Source: Lama glama (taxonomy: Eukaryota). From it: a stretch of 64,000 nt of DNA. The DNA lies in NCBI GenBank assembly GCA_028534125.1, contig CM052818.1, forward strand, positions 25,794,001 to 25,858,000. Reading direction: 5' to 3'. Positions 25,760 to 38,370 of this stretch are shown one piece after another. The position numbers and the translations under genes were made by a program. The notes under the pieces are model-generated. The model was given only the letters and a program-made list of their open reading frames with translations, ran no database searches and was not told where the DNA came from. Position 1 is the first letter of the stretch. Each line of letters starts with the position of its first letter.

Positions 25760-27260
25760 TTGAGTTGCATAAGCAAAAGGTTAAGTTAGCATGTCTTGAG
25801 AATGAATGATGGATAAATTTATTTGAATCACCAGAAGGATTTTTCACCATAGCCGAAGCCATTTTATAATGTAGAAATTCCTTTTTCCTATTTTTAAGTA
25901 ACAAAAGTCCATTCTTAAGAATATGTTGTCCAACAACTAAAACACTCTCAAGATTGTTACTTGTCTGTGATTTGTACTGACTCCACCTTCTGTTATCATC
26001 CGATACCCCTGGGGACCATCTGGAATGGCATTTGCTTTGCGGCAGGTATCTAGGACGCTTGTTCCTGGGTCAATAACTAATTCAGAAAATGAAGCTTCTT
26101 TAAAAAACAAAACAAACCTCTTTTAACTCTTGATCAGACATGACCTCCACTGCATCCATGCTACTTTGATAAACACACCTTTTAGCAGAGTTCAGACCTG
26201 GTACATGAACAAGCTTTGTTACTTCTGCAGCAAGTCGTTTCTGAGGACCCCGCTTACCTGGCTCTGATATGCAGCTGCATTGTGTGGTCATCTCTGGATG
26301 GGGAAGAAAATGAAGAGCTCCTGGTACCTTTCTACCAAAGCATCTTGCTGCCTGACAAAGAACTCATACAATCCAAATGGAGCTGTCTTTTCCCTGTTTG
26401 GCCAAACAGCATTGCCAGGACACTTTCCCAGTTTTGCTCCAGTTATAGAGGACTAGAAATTCCAAACACAACTTCTCCAATCAACTTGTGAATGAACTTG
26501 CATCCGGACATGACATTGCCCAGCTGATCAGATCCGCCCATTTGGACCCTGCATCCATAACGCTGGAGAGGTAATAGAAATCATAGGCCTGACGCACCTG
26601 GTATGAAAACTCGGCCCAACTCATGCCCCCAGGGCTCTGGAGCGAGTCTGCACCCTCGGCCGGCTGTGCAGCGTGCCCATGCGGAAGCGGCTGCCCGCCG
26701 CCGCTAGGAAGTCCAGCGGGTGCAGCTTCTGGTACCGCGCTGAGTTGTTCAGCACCGTGAAGCCGCCCGGGGCCCGCCCGTTAGTGAAGAGCGGCCTTGA
26801 ACCCTCGGCAGAGGGCGCGCGCGTTGCTTTGCGCTTGTTCCGCGTCCAGCTCCTTGCGCTCCTTGGTACGGCTGCCTGCCTGCGGGTCCCCCAGGCTCAT
26901 CGTGGCGTCTCCCACCCCTGCTGTCGCCTCGTGGTCCGCTCGCTGGAAGTGAAACAGGCCCGACAACGCCGGAAGATGCCCCACATGAAGCGCGTAGGCC
27001 GTGGTGTCGATGCCGCCACAGTCTGGGCAAAGTTGCCCACCGTGCTGGGCAGTCTGAGAGCTCTGGGAGCCCTGTCTTCGTACCCTTCTCGGGGAAGAAC
27101 TCCTTAAACAGACCCTGAGCCCTCTGCACCGCCAGCATCTCCGGAGCGCCCTAGTGGACCTCACGCAGCCCCAGGGGCAAGACTCCTGACCCGTCTTGGA
27201 TACCAAACCACCAACCCCTGGAAACGCACCGCAACATGGGCGCCGCCATGTTGGCGAAGG
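25760..27260 (-). pseudogene. YARS2: YARS2 (mitochondrial tyrosyl-tRNA synthetase) processed pseudogene: full-length CDS 27249->25844 plus short UTR remnants
   Basis: Minus strand reads MAAPMLR..., [19 protein letters not shown], the HIGH-type motif [38 protein letters not shown] (KMSKS-type), [45 protein letters not shown] and FYIIKWLRLW*. Intronless, with many frameshifts and a ~20-nt deletion near 26790. Confidence 0.96.
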
Positions 27261-27394
27261 GCGAGACTCAGACGAGGATGAGGAGGATAGAGATGGAGAT
27301 GATGAAGATGAAGAGGGAGCTGAAGCTGGTCCACCTGAAGGACTGAGAAAGAGGAGGAAGAAAAAGAGGAGGGTGAGGATGAAGATGAAACAGG
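27256..27394 (+). pseudogene. ANP32E: ANP32E cDNA fragment, acidic tail (approx. aa 155-200)
   Basis: EGRDSDEDEEDRDGDDEDEEGAEAGPPEG... compares with ANP32E EAPDSEEEDDEDGDEDDEEEEENEAGPPEGYEEE. EAGPPEG is characteristic of ANP32E. Confidence 0.85.
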
Positions 27395-27789
27395 GCGCTG
27401 GTCCTGTTTGGTGTGGTCCGGTCTGTGAGACATCTGTGGTAAGTGGCTGAACCTCGAGTGTGCGGACACCACGGTATACTTCTGTCCTGGGATGCCTTGA
27501 TTGGAGATTTTCCTTTTGGGGGGAAAGGTGTAAGACTTGGTCACCTGGTTTTGAATGGAGTCCGTTTTAGTTGGATTTTCTCCTCTAGGCTGAGGAGTCT
27601 CTTGGCCATCTGGCACCAGCTGAATGATGATTGGGAAAATCCCCTGTTAAGACTGAGGCTCTCTATACCCCTGTCTGTAGGTGGGAAGTCTTCCATTCTA
27701 GTCCTACGGAACTGCGACCCTGAGAGGCCGTCAAGCAGTGGGTATCTAGTTCTGGTGTGTCTGTTTCTGGTACTGTCCGCCCTGTGAAA
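27395..27789 (+). mobile_element. Spacer resembling an ERV 5' leader/internal sequence
   Basis: Not ANP32E or YARS2 coding sequence. T/G-rich with a consensus donor TG|GTAAGT at 27439-27444, as in gammaretroviral leaders. The assignment is inference. Confidence 0.4.
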
Positions 27790-28131
<342 letters not shown>

Positions 28132-28139
<8 letters not shown>

Positions 28140-28185
28140 GAGGGGGATCTGTCCCAGGAAGGCGGCATAGGATCCTGTGGTTGCA
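28132..28185 (-). mobile_element. Right inverted terminus of the composite insertion
   Basis: Reverse complement TGCAACCACAGGATCCTATGCCGCCTTCCTGGGACAGATCCCCCTCTGTCCTCC aligns with 25694-25745. The 15-mer CTTCCTGGGACAGAT is exact (25720-25734 vs 28147-28161). Confidence 0.65.
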
Positions 28186-28378
28186 GACAGAGCCTTAACT
28201 CTTAAAGGATCAAAGGCAACTGGAAAGGTATGGAATATATGGCAAAGAAGTGATTAAGGGACCCGCTCTTTAGAAAAAGAGAGATGAGCCAATCTGGACT
28301 AGTTGGAGGGCAATTATAGAACCCAAAATCATGCTTTTATCTTCCATCTAGTTTACATTATTCCATAAACTTTTTGCA

Positions 28379-28517
28379 GGGGAGAGTATAGCTCAGTGGT
28401 AGAGCATATGCTTAGCATGCATAAGGTCCTGGGTTCAATCCCCAGTACCTCCATTTAAAAATTAATAAATAAATGAATAAATAAATAAACCTAATTACCC
28501 CCCAAAATTGAAAAAAA
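28379..28517 (+). mobile_element. tRNA-derived SINE (Vic-1 type)
   Basis: GGGGAGAGTATAGCTCAGTGGTAGAGCATATGCTTAGCATGCATAAGGTCCTGGGTTCAATCCCCAGTACCTCC followed by a (TAAA)n/A tail. Confidence 0.92.
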
Positions 28518-28544
28518 AACCTCTTTAGATTTATTTTTGCATCT

Positions 28545-30095
28545 AGCTTCTTTTTTAAAATTGTGAAAAAACGCATAAAATTCATTACCTTAAACATTTT
28601 TAGATATACAGTGTTAAGTATATTCACACTGTTGTGCAATCAACTCTAGAACTTTTTAATCTTGCAAAACTGAAACTCTGTACCCATTAAGCAGCTTCCC
28701 ACTTTCTGCTCCCCCTAGCCTCTATTACCCATCAGTGAACTTTCTGTTTCTATGAATTTGACTTCTCTAGATACCTCATATAAATGGAATCATATAGGGT
28801 TTGACTTTTGTGACTGGTTTATGTCACTTAGCATAATGTCCTCCAGTTTCATTTATGTAGCATGTGTGAGAATTTCCTTCTTTTTGGAGAATAAATAATA
28901 TTCCATTGTATGTATACATACATTTTAATTATCCGTTCATCTGTCGATGTACACTTGAATTGCTTCCACTTCTTGTCTATCAGAAATGGTGCTATTATGA
29001 GCATGAGTATACAAATATCTCTTCAAATATCCTGCTTTGGATCCTTTTGGATGTATACCCAGAAGTGGACTTGCTGGCTTGTCTTAGCCTTTTTGGGCTG
29101 TTATAACAGAATACCATAGACTGGGTGGCTTATAGAAAACAAAAATTTATTTCTCACTGTTCTGGGGGCTGCAAAGTCCAAGATCAGGGCGCTGCAGATT
29201 AGGTGTCTGGTGAGATCTACTTCCTGGTTCATAGACGACTGTCTTTTTTAAAAAAAATTTTTTTAAATTGACGTATACTTGATTTACAATGTTGTGTTAG
29301 CTTCTGGTGTATAGCATAGTGATTCAGTTATACACTTACATGTGTATTTTTTCATATTCTTTTTCATTATAGGTTCTTATAAGCTGTTGAATATAGTTCC
29401 CTGTAGTATACAGTAGGATCTTGTCATTTATCTTAGAATACTGTCTTTTTCCCGTGTCCTCCCGTGGCAGAATGGGTGAGGGAGCTCTTTGGGGTCTGGT
29501 TTATAAGGCCACTAATCCCTTTTATAAGGGCTCTGTCCTCATCACCTAATCACCTCACCTTCCACAGAAGCTTCAGCTCCAAATGCCATCACATTGGGAG
29601 TTAAGGTTTCAACATATGAGAACTGGGGGGGAAACAAACTCATATAGTAAATCTATTTTTAATTTTTTGAGGAACCTTCATACTATATTCCATAGTGCCT
29701 ACAGTATTTTACTGTAGTGCACAAGGGTTCCTGTTTGTCCACATCCTGGCCAACACTTGTTATTTTCTGTTTTTTTTGGGTGGTAACCATCCTGATGGGT
29801 GAGAGGTGTTATCCCGCTGTTGTTCTGACTTGCATTTCCCTAATGAACAGTGTTGGTGAGCATTTTTTCGTATGCTGGTTGGTCATTTGTATGTCTTCTT
29901 TGGAGAAATGTCTAGTCAAATTATTTGCCCACTTTAAAATTGGGTTGTTGTTATTATTATTATTATTATTACTGTTGAGTTGTAGAAGTTCTTTGTATAT
30001 TCTGCATAGTAACCCCTTACCGGGTATATGATTTGCAAATATTTTCTCCTGTTCCGTCGGTTGTCTTTTCACTGTGTTGATTATGTCCTTTGATG
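28545..30095 (-). mobile_element. L1 3' region interrupted by nested MLT1 and a younger L1 piece
   Basis: Antisense L1 3' UTR/ORF2 end (tcacttagcataatgtcctcc, atacccagaagtggac, atgtcttctttggagaaatgtct). ORF 29809-30072(-) [15 protein letters not shown]...IREMQVRTT is the L1 ORF2 C-terminus. Confidence 0.88.
29080..29648 (-). mobile_element. MLT1A-type MaLR LTR nested in L1
   Basis: tgtcttag...gggctgttataacagaataccatagactgggtggcttata...aagtccaagatcaggg...atcacattgggagttaaggtttcaacatatga. Split by an L1 piece at ~29250-29435. Confidence 0.8.
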
Positions 30096-31180
30096 AGGCT
30101 TATCTCTTTCACCAGTCTCAAGTTTTGGAGGGCAGGATTGTACTTCAGGGGCATCTTCAGTAAATGACTGGGGAGTGGAGCCAGGGATGTACACTGAGGG
30201 GAATTAGGCAGCATAGTTTTAATGAGGTAGGATTCAAGTTTTGGTGGGCAAGGCAGGCTCCAAGTGGAAGTGCAGATGGCATTTGCCTGTGGCCCCTTTT
30301 CCTCTCCTGCCCTCTTGTTTCATCTCCCCTCTGCTCAGGCACGAGGTCCTCTATCCCCATGGTGATGCTGAAACTCAGTTCGGTTTAACAAATGGGGTGA
30401 CAGGCACTGTGCTGGGGGTTACAAAGTGAACAAGGCAATGCTCTACCCTTACTAGGTGCCATCCTGCAGGGAGATAAACAAGATGAGAACTTCTGTGTAA
30501 AGTGAGGAATGCGCCCTCTGTAAGTAAGTAAGTAGTGCTTACTCACTGTGGGAAAAGAGGCAAAGAGGCACCTACCCTGGACCAAGGAATGATGGAAGCC
30601 GTCTTGGAAGAGGTATTCCAGAGGTCATTTGGCACCTGGCTTGGTCTGCCCTCAATAAAAGTGCTCCTCCACTCCTCAGACCCCAGGGAGGATAGTCACC
30701 TTCCGGAATCAGCCGGAAGGGGGCGCATCCTTGTAGGAGCAGAGCTGGGGGGAGGATGTCAGTCTCTACTGAGAATATTTCACTACTAACACGTTCTCCA
30801 TTTAAAGGTGCAAAAATAATTCTAGGCAGTTTATTGAGGAATTTCAATAAACTTTATTTCCCTTGGAAAACTAAAAGGAGCAATATATATGTCTGGTAAA
30901 TTTTTTTCAAAAATTAAATGCTTAAAAAAAAGATTTATTGTGTCTAATAACATGTTGTGCTTCATAGGTACCAGTCACTGTTATAAGCACTTTACATGTA
31001 TTTGACTTACACGTGTTTACTGACAGCAACCCTCTGAGGTAGATATTATTCTCACTCCCCTTTGAAGATAGGGAAACTGAGGCACAGAGAGGCTAAGTAA
31101 CTAGCCCAAGGCCCAAAAGGTAGAAAGTGGAAAAGCCTGGCTCTGCAACCTGTGCTCTGGGCGTTGGATGGTTTGTTTGT

Positions 31181-31770
31181 TTTTTTAATTTTTAATTTTT
31201 ATTTTTTTAAATAGAAGTATAGTTGATTTACAGTACTATATTAATTTCAGGTGTACAGCATAGTGATTTGGTATTTCCACAGATTATACTCCACTAAAAG
31301 TGATTACAAGGTAATGGCTACAATTCCCTGTACTATGCAGCATATCCTTGTTGCTTATCTATTTTATACATAGTAGTTTGTATCTGTTACTCCCATACCC
31401 CTAATTTGCCCTTCGCCCTTCCCTCTCCTCTTCCTTTTGGTAACCACTAGTTTGTTTTCTATATCTGTGAGTCTGTTTCTGTTTTGCATATATATTCATT
31501 TGTATTTATTTTTTAGATTCCACATATAAGTGATATCACGCAGTATTTGTCTTTTTCTGACTTATTTCACTAAGCATAATATTCTCTAGGTTCATGCATG
31601 TTGCTGCAAATGGCAGGATTTCATTCCTTTTTATGGCTGAGTAAAATATTCCATTATATATATTATACCACATCTTCTTTATCCATTCGTCTGTTGATGG
31701 GCACTTGGGTTGCTTCCATATCTTGGCTATTGTAGAGCCGCTATGAACATTGGGGTGCGTGTATCTTTTT
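31181..31770 (-). mobile_element. L1 3' end (artiodactyl-type)
   Basis: T-rich start, then gaagtatagttgatttaca...tttagattccacatataagtgatatca...atgaacattggggtgc. Closely similar to 53350-54122. Confidence 0.88.
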
Positions 31771-32759
31771 GATGGATGGGTTGATTTTTACCTGCCAAGA
31801 ATGTTTTTCCAATTCAACCAACTTGATCCAACACAGTATGTGTTATAAGGTCATTCTCTTTAAGACTCCCAATTCCTCACTTGCACTTTCTGAAAAATTC
31901 ACCATTGACTTAGGTGTGTGTTGTAGGACTTGGTGTCACAGAGCCCTGGAACGTTACCTTGGGGCTCTCAAAGGCATCTCTTTGCTCTGTTGTCCAGATG
32001 CCTGGGAACCCACTTAAAGCCCCACTTAAAAAAAAAACAACCCCTACATTAAAACGGACAAACAAAATAAATGTAAGGGGGAAAAAATCTCTAATGAGAA
32101 AGGATTTTAAAAAGTAACTGCAATACCATTATCACACTCAATGAAATTAAAAATAATTCCTTAATGTCACCTAATGTTAAAAAAAAAAAGGTCACCTAAT
32201 GTTAGAGTTCAGTGTTCTCTGAGTATTTCAAAACTCTCTTTCTACAGGTGCATTTGGTTGTAGGTCTTAAAGTTTTTTCTTATCCATAAAAGAATGTCTT
32301 CCTTTTAGTTTTTATACATTTTATTTATTGGTGAAACTAGGTCATTTGTCCTGTGGAATAACTAGGAAGACTGAGAAGATGGGTTTAAGATGTCTTTGTG
32401 GCTCTCTTTGTCTGTAGGCACTTTCCCACTAGGGATGTTCAGTCAAAATACCGTATTTTAAAGTCACTTAAAATAATTCTTCCCTGTGTGATTGTGAAAT
32501 CAGTTTGATACACTGTTAGTTTTGTTTGTCCCAGTTTGTTTTTGATTGATGTGATGGGAGCTGCCTTTTCTAAATACGATTTTGTTTTATAATACTGCAA
32601 AATGTCTACATGGCTGAAAGTCAAAATTATAATAAAGATATAAACAGAGAAATATAGCTTACCTTTCTGCCCTCTTCCCTACTCAAGGCTCAGTCTCTTC
32701 CTAGCCTTAGAGACAAGTTTATTAGTTTCAGCTTTATCCTCCCATCATTGTTTACATGT

Positions 32760-33680
32760 GTGAGTGCCTTTATTCCTCCTCCCTTTCTAATATGATGCTT
32801 ACTCTTTTGACCTTGTATTTCAGAGGCCATCCTTATTCTCTTTACGGTGGTGTAACACTCCACTGTGTGTGCATTCCAGAATTTATCCAACCAGCCCGTA
32901 CTGATGGACATTTGAGTTTCTTCCAGTCTTTGCTATTGCAGATCATGCTGCAGTGAATAAGCTTGAACATATGTCATTTCACAATTTCAGTAGTTATATT
33001 TGGAGTAGACTCCCAGAACTGTGATTGCTGGGCCAAAGGGAAGAAACACATGCAATGTTGCTAGACATGATGAAACCCTCCTCCACAGAGGCTGTACCAT
33101 TTTGAATTCCCATCCGCAATGCAGAAGAGTAACTGTTGCCCCAGAACCTCACCAGTAGAGTATATTGTCAAGCTTTTGGGTTTTTGCTCATCTGACAGAT
33201 AAGACATAGTATCTCAGGATAGTTTAAATTTGCAACCCTCTTGTTATGAGCAATAGTGAATGTATATTTTCATTAGTTTCATTTCTCTTCTTTTTCTGTG
33301 AAATGCCTGTTCATATCTCTTGCCCATTAAAAAAAAAATCAAGTTACTGGGCTTTTTCTTCTTCTTTCAAGTTCTTTAGTTGTTAAGGATATTAGCCCTT
33401 TGTCTGTGATATAATTTGCAGTTGTCTCTCCCAGATTTTCATTTGCCTTTTGATTTTACTTAGGGCTTTAAAAAAATTGCTATGGAGCCAGATTTATTCA
33501 TCTTTTCTCGTATTACTTCTGGAATTTTGCCTCTTCTAGGGTATAAAATGTTTCACCCCTTTTTTCCCTATTATTTGTAAGGTTTCATTTTGACATTTAG
33601 ATCTTTGACTCATTTGGAATTATCCTGGTATGTAGTGTGAGAAGTGGATCTGATTTTGTATTTTTCCTTATGGGTGTCCA
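32760..33680 (-). mobile_element. Old L1 (L1ME-like) fragment
   Basis: Degraded antisense L1 motifs (gatggacatttgagtttcttccag, gtgaaatgcctgttcatatctcttgccca, ggatattagccctttgtctgtg). Confidence 0.65.
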
Positions 33681-36539
33681 AATTGTATGGAATGTGAATT
33701 ATAGCTCAATGAAGCTGTTATGTGTATAAATAAGTAAACTTCTGGAAGGCTATACTGTAACGCTTATGAAATGCTTGACTCTGGATGGTAGGATTAGGAA
33801 TATTTTCAATTTTCTGTTTTTTTCTCTGTATGAGTAGATATGCCCTGATCCATTCTCCTGGGTTTAGCATGACCTTCCTTGATGTGTTATACACCTCAGA
33901 AGGCTGGGCTGTTTACTTCTGAGAGGATGTAATGCAGGTCCAATAAAAATATCTTTTTGAAAAAGTTTGTCCATAATCCAGGCTTAGGCAGCCAAACAAT
34001 AGGTATGTGAATACCTACTGTGCACACTATGTGGGGGGAGATTTTTTTGAAGAGTGTAATCATCTAGACAGACTAATCTTGAAGGGAGTAGAGGCCAGGG
34101 AAGTCAGATGAGTGGTGTAGGCAGGGAGGGTGAAGAATTCATAGGAAGGCGAGATCTCTGTGGGCAGGGGTGCTTCAAGGAAGAAGTATCTTTCAGTTAG
34201 TCCTGGAAGGATGCACAGGATTTAGACTGACAGGGGGAAAACAGAGAGGCATCTGGGGGCAAGGACCATATTGTGAGTAGAGGCGTATGGCAGCTCCTGA
34301 GGGCATTCGGGGGACCAGGCAGGCAGTGTGGTCCGAGGGCCTGCCTTGAGCATCTTACACTGTGCACTGTGACTGGGTCCACAGCTCTCTGCTTCTGACA
34401 GGAGGTGAGCTATCATCAGTCTCTAGGGATCTGGAGCCTCTCAGAGGATCTGGTGACCCCGAACCTCTCCCCAGGGAGCTCATTTCAGGTGTTGAACTGC
34501 TTGCAGAATCTGAAGCGTGCAGACGCAGAAGCCCACGGGCAAAGGGACTGTCAAGGTTTGCATTTGATTTTGCTGCTAATCTCCATTCTTGGCTGGCACC
34601 CATGGTGTGGGGACCCTTGGGTCTGCAACGGGACCCAGCCAGCCCTCTGTGGATGGGCACACAACAGCTGCCTGGCAGGGCCCATGGAGGGCAACCACCC
34701 AGGCTTGGATCGGCTTCTGCTTAGGATGATTCTGGGCACGAATCTTGCTCCTCCTCCTTCTCCAAGTGTCAGAATAAGCAGTGGCATTTACGTTGGGGAA
34801 AGAGGGTCGAGGAGGAGGGGCAGACAAATCTAAGCCTAAAACAGCCACCTCACCATCTGTTGTAACATTACAGCCTAATTTCTTTGAGAGTTGGCCCTTA
34901 AGTTTTCAGTTAATCTTTTTGATTGTGTGAGTGTGTGTTTGGTAGGGGTGGGAGGCTTCTGTGTCTCACCTCCTCTATGGCTCCTCAGAACTGCTTCTAG
35001 ACCCCACACCCATGCCTTTGCCTCTGGGCTGTCCCCCCGATTGCAAAGGGTGCCGTTTACCATGCATTCTCCAAGTTCAGGGCAGGGCAATACTCCTGAA
35101 GGAATTTTTTTTAGCTTCCTGAGATAATCCACTTATGTGTAACCAAACACTCTCATGCTGTGGAAACAGAGAATACCTGAGTACCACCTTTCCTTTGATA
35201 TGTTCAAAAGCCCTCAGCCTTCTGTGTTTTGAGCCCCCTAACCTTATCCATCCTGTTTTCCAACACTTAACACTTTAATCAGCACCCCCTTTTTGAGTGC
35301 ATTGCTGTCCACTGAGGCACTGAGCTCACCCAGAAGCCTCTTTTGAGCCTGCACAACGGAAATATTCCTTCCCAGGCACAGTCTCTATACCAGGAGCTGG
35401 TTTGGAGCCCTGAGGAGGCTGCCTGTGGGAGAGAGGTCCTGGACTCTGCTCACAGAACAGGAGCGGACAGAGGCGCCTGTGTTTACAGACTTGTCCTCAG
35501 TTACCTGACACTGGTCTCCAAAGGAGTCAGCTACAGGCATCTCAAATTTCAGGGTACATATTTCTGTCTGACGTTGAGCTGTCTATCTTCTCCCTCCATG
35601 GACCTGCACCACATCCTCCCAGAAATAAGTCACCCAGCCTCCTTGTGGAATGACCTATACAGAAAGCACGCCTTCCTGGGTCAAGAGATGAGAACTGGGA
35701 CAATCCACGAGGGAGAGGTGAGGCTCTTGTGAGTTAAACAGGGCACACATAGCTGGTCAGGAGCCGAGCCATTAATGTTTCTTTGATTTCCCTCTGGAGC
35801 AGTCAGGAACTGTTTTTCCTCTCACCTTCACTCCTCTCCTTTGCATCTTGCAGCCCCTTTGATAATCAAGATGGCACAAAAGCAGGTACCCAGCACCTCC
35901 CCATAACCTTATTTCAGTGTCTCCTTCCTCCTTTGTCCTTGGGCAGCCACCCTCATACCCCAGTCTTTAGGCTGCCGGTCCTCCCATCTCATTTTCCCCT
36001 GGGGCTGGTTTTAGCTGTGGTCCTACCCATAGACCTTCATTGCATCTCACTGTCTCAGCACCAAAGTGTTAACAAACTGATTGAATGAATGTTTCCAGGC
36101 TAAATGAGAGAAGACTAGAAGGTACTCCAGGTTTTCCCTTGAGTTCCCTGTATCGGTCCAGACACACCATCCCTGACTTGGTGGTTCTGATGTTGGAAAT
36201 TTCTCATAAAGTGGGAAATGCTTTTGAACTAATGGTCATTCAAGGGGTTTCACAGGATAATGGATACCAAAGTTTTTCATAAATTAAAAATGAAATTATG
36301 AGATGACCATCAGTATCATAAGCAAAACTACTGTGCTTGGTGATTGGGACTAATACTATAATTAAGTATGACACAATAAAGATAATCTGATGTCTATTTA
36401 GTGATATTATTTTATTCTTCCTTCCAGCCTCCATTGTAGTTAGCCATTGAGGAGGAGTATCTTTCATTTTGACTTTTTGATGTTAATGTATATTTTCTGA
36501 TAAATTGTAGTTTTTCTTTGAAGCGTAGAGTATGATCTA

Positions 36540-36708
36540 GGAGCCGGTAACATCACCACCGTCTCCTGGGAACTTGTTAGAAAGGCAGATTGTCAGGCCC
36601 CATCCTAGAATTAGGAAGTTAGAAATTCCGGGTGTGGGGTGCAGCTGTCTTTGTTAGAACAAGCCCTCCAGGGGACTGTGATGCACACTCAAGTTTGAGA
36701 ACCACTGG
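36540..36708 (-). mobile_element. MER5A
   Basis: ctgggaacttgttagaaaggcagattgtcaggccccatcc...gatgcacactcaagtttgagaaccactg. Confidence 0.75.
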
Positions 36709-38180
36709 TGGAGAGTAACCCATTAACCAGTCTGTAGTCTATCAACCTGCTCTAGCTTGGAGCACCCCAGCCCCTTTGCAGGAAGTCTCCCAGAGAAAAT
36801 ACAATTCTTGTTAACCTTGTCTCTTTTGTAATCAACTTGCCCTGTTTTGCTTGGAGTATGAATTGAGGTGAGGAAGAGGGAGCCAGTCTTTGGAACAGAA
36901 GAACCCACTTAGCCCAACTGAGCTGCAGGCAGAAGGTGCACCTGGGATGAATTTTAAATTGAGCAGAAGGGGAGGCTTAGACACCCACTGGGCCCTGAGG
37001 GCTGCTGGCCCCACCATCCCGGGAGTAGGTTCCTTGTCTGATCCGCCTCTCCTCATTCATCAGTGGGACAATAAGAGCCCTGTAACATCTTCCACTTGTG
37101 TGTGGTCTGGTTTTACAGTAAGTCGGGGACAGGACTTGTCATCATGGGAATGGTCTACAAGGGTACTGCCTTCTTCCTGACTAAGAAGTGATGAATTTGA
37201 TTTCAGATTGGAAATGATTTCTGCAGAAGAGATGTTAGAATCATAATGGTTTGCACTGAGTGCTTCTTGCTGTCAGTGTGGCCACGCTAGGTGATGCTCC
37301 TGTTAAATACCAACTACCTCATTGCATTTGCTACTCAAAACCCTTCAAGGGAGGCACTATTATTATCGAATTTATAGATTGGGAAACTGAGGCTCAAAAA
37401 CGTTGCTTCAGCTGCTTGTTAGAAAGAGACAGAACTGGTACTTAAACTGAGCAGCCTCGAAAGCCCATGTGTTTGACCATCAAGCTGGGCTCCCTACCAT
37501 GAATCTAATGGATCAGAATCATCCTTTATTCGTTTTCCATGAAATCTCAGCTTCTCTGTCCCTCTCCCTTGCCTTCTTGCCCCCTCTCCCACTTAGTGTC
37601 CCTCTTCTCCCTTAGTTTGTTGACAGTCTCTTCTCCATCCTGACTGAATGCTTTGTTTTCAGGGGTCTCTATGGGCTGCTCTTTGCCCGTAATTAACCTG
37701 AAAAATAATCAGAGACAGAAATGTGTATTTAAAAAGTTTTTATACTTTCTTAGGCTAAAAAAACCCAGTAGGTTATGTTTTGAATAGTATTTATCATCTG
37801 AATGAAGGACCAGCAAGCCAGTCCCTCTTAGATGTTGATGGTGTTGGGCTGAGGTGGATATTCTAAGTAAACCAGTGCTTGCTGGAGCCCCAGGAGAGGC
37901 CCACAGCCTCTAAGGGACATCTGAATCTGAGCCTGGCTGTTGCAACTCTTCCCTCTCACTCTGATTCTGAATCCCCTGGGACAGGGGTCAGATAATGGTT
38001 TTTTTTTAAGAGGTCCCTGGTAATACTTAAGATTAGGCCACTTTAGGAAATGCTGGGCTGCAGGAGTAAACCTTGGTTCTCTCATTTTCTTGCACCTCCA
38101 AATCACCTATTCTAGAAGCTCCTTGGAGATCCTGAGGCTAGGGGGTCCCAGGACCAAAACTTGAGAACATTGCCGTAGAG

Positions 38181-38370
38181 CAGATGTCCTCAAACTTGAG
38201 CATACATCAGAATTCCCCCCACGAGGCTTGTTGAAACGCAGACTGTGGTCCCCTCTCCCAGAGTGTCTGACCCAGTTGGTCTTCAGTGAGGTTGGGGAAT
38301 TTGCATTTCTATTAAGTCCCCAGGTGACGCTGATGCTAGGAGTCCCAGGACCACACTTTGAGAACTGCTG
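38181..38370 (+). mobile_element. MER5A (full length)
   Basis: cagatgtcctcaaacttgagcatacatcagaat...gaatttgcatttct...ggaccacactttgagaactgctg. ~190 bp with TIR-like ends. Confidence 0.8.

Noticed and set aside
26673..27206. Overlapping GC-rich ORFs (129-144 aa) as a novel gene or endogenous viral element
   Set aside because: The minus-strand ones are frameshifted pieces of YARS2 and the plus-strand one is its antisense shadow.
27196..27450. Chimeric 84-aa ORF with acidic tract and RKRRKKKRR NLS-like run
   Set aside because: It has no ATG start, and the basic run is a frameshifted reading of ANP32E GAG/GAA repeats. The nearby Kozak-like GCCGCCATG (ATG at 27248) is in another frame and stops after ~32 codons.
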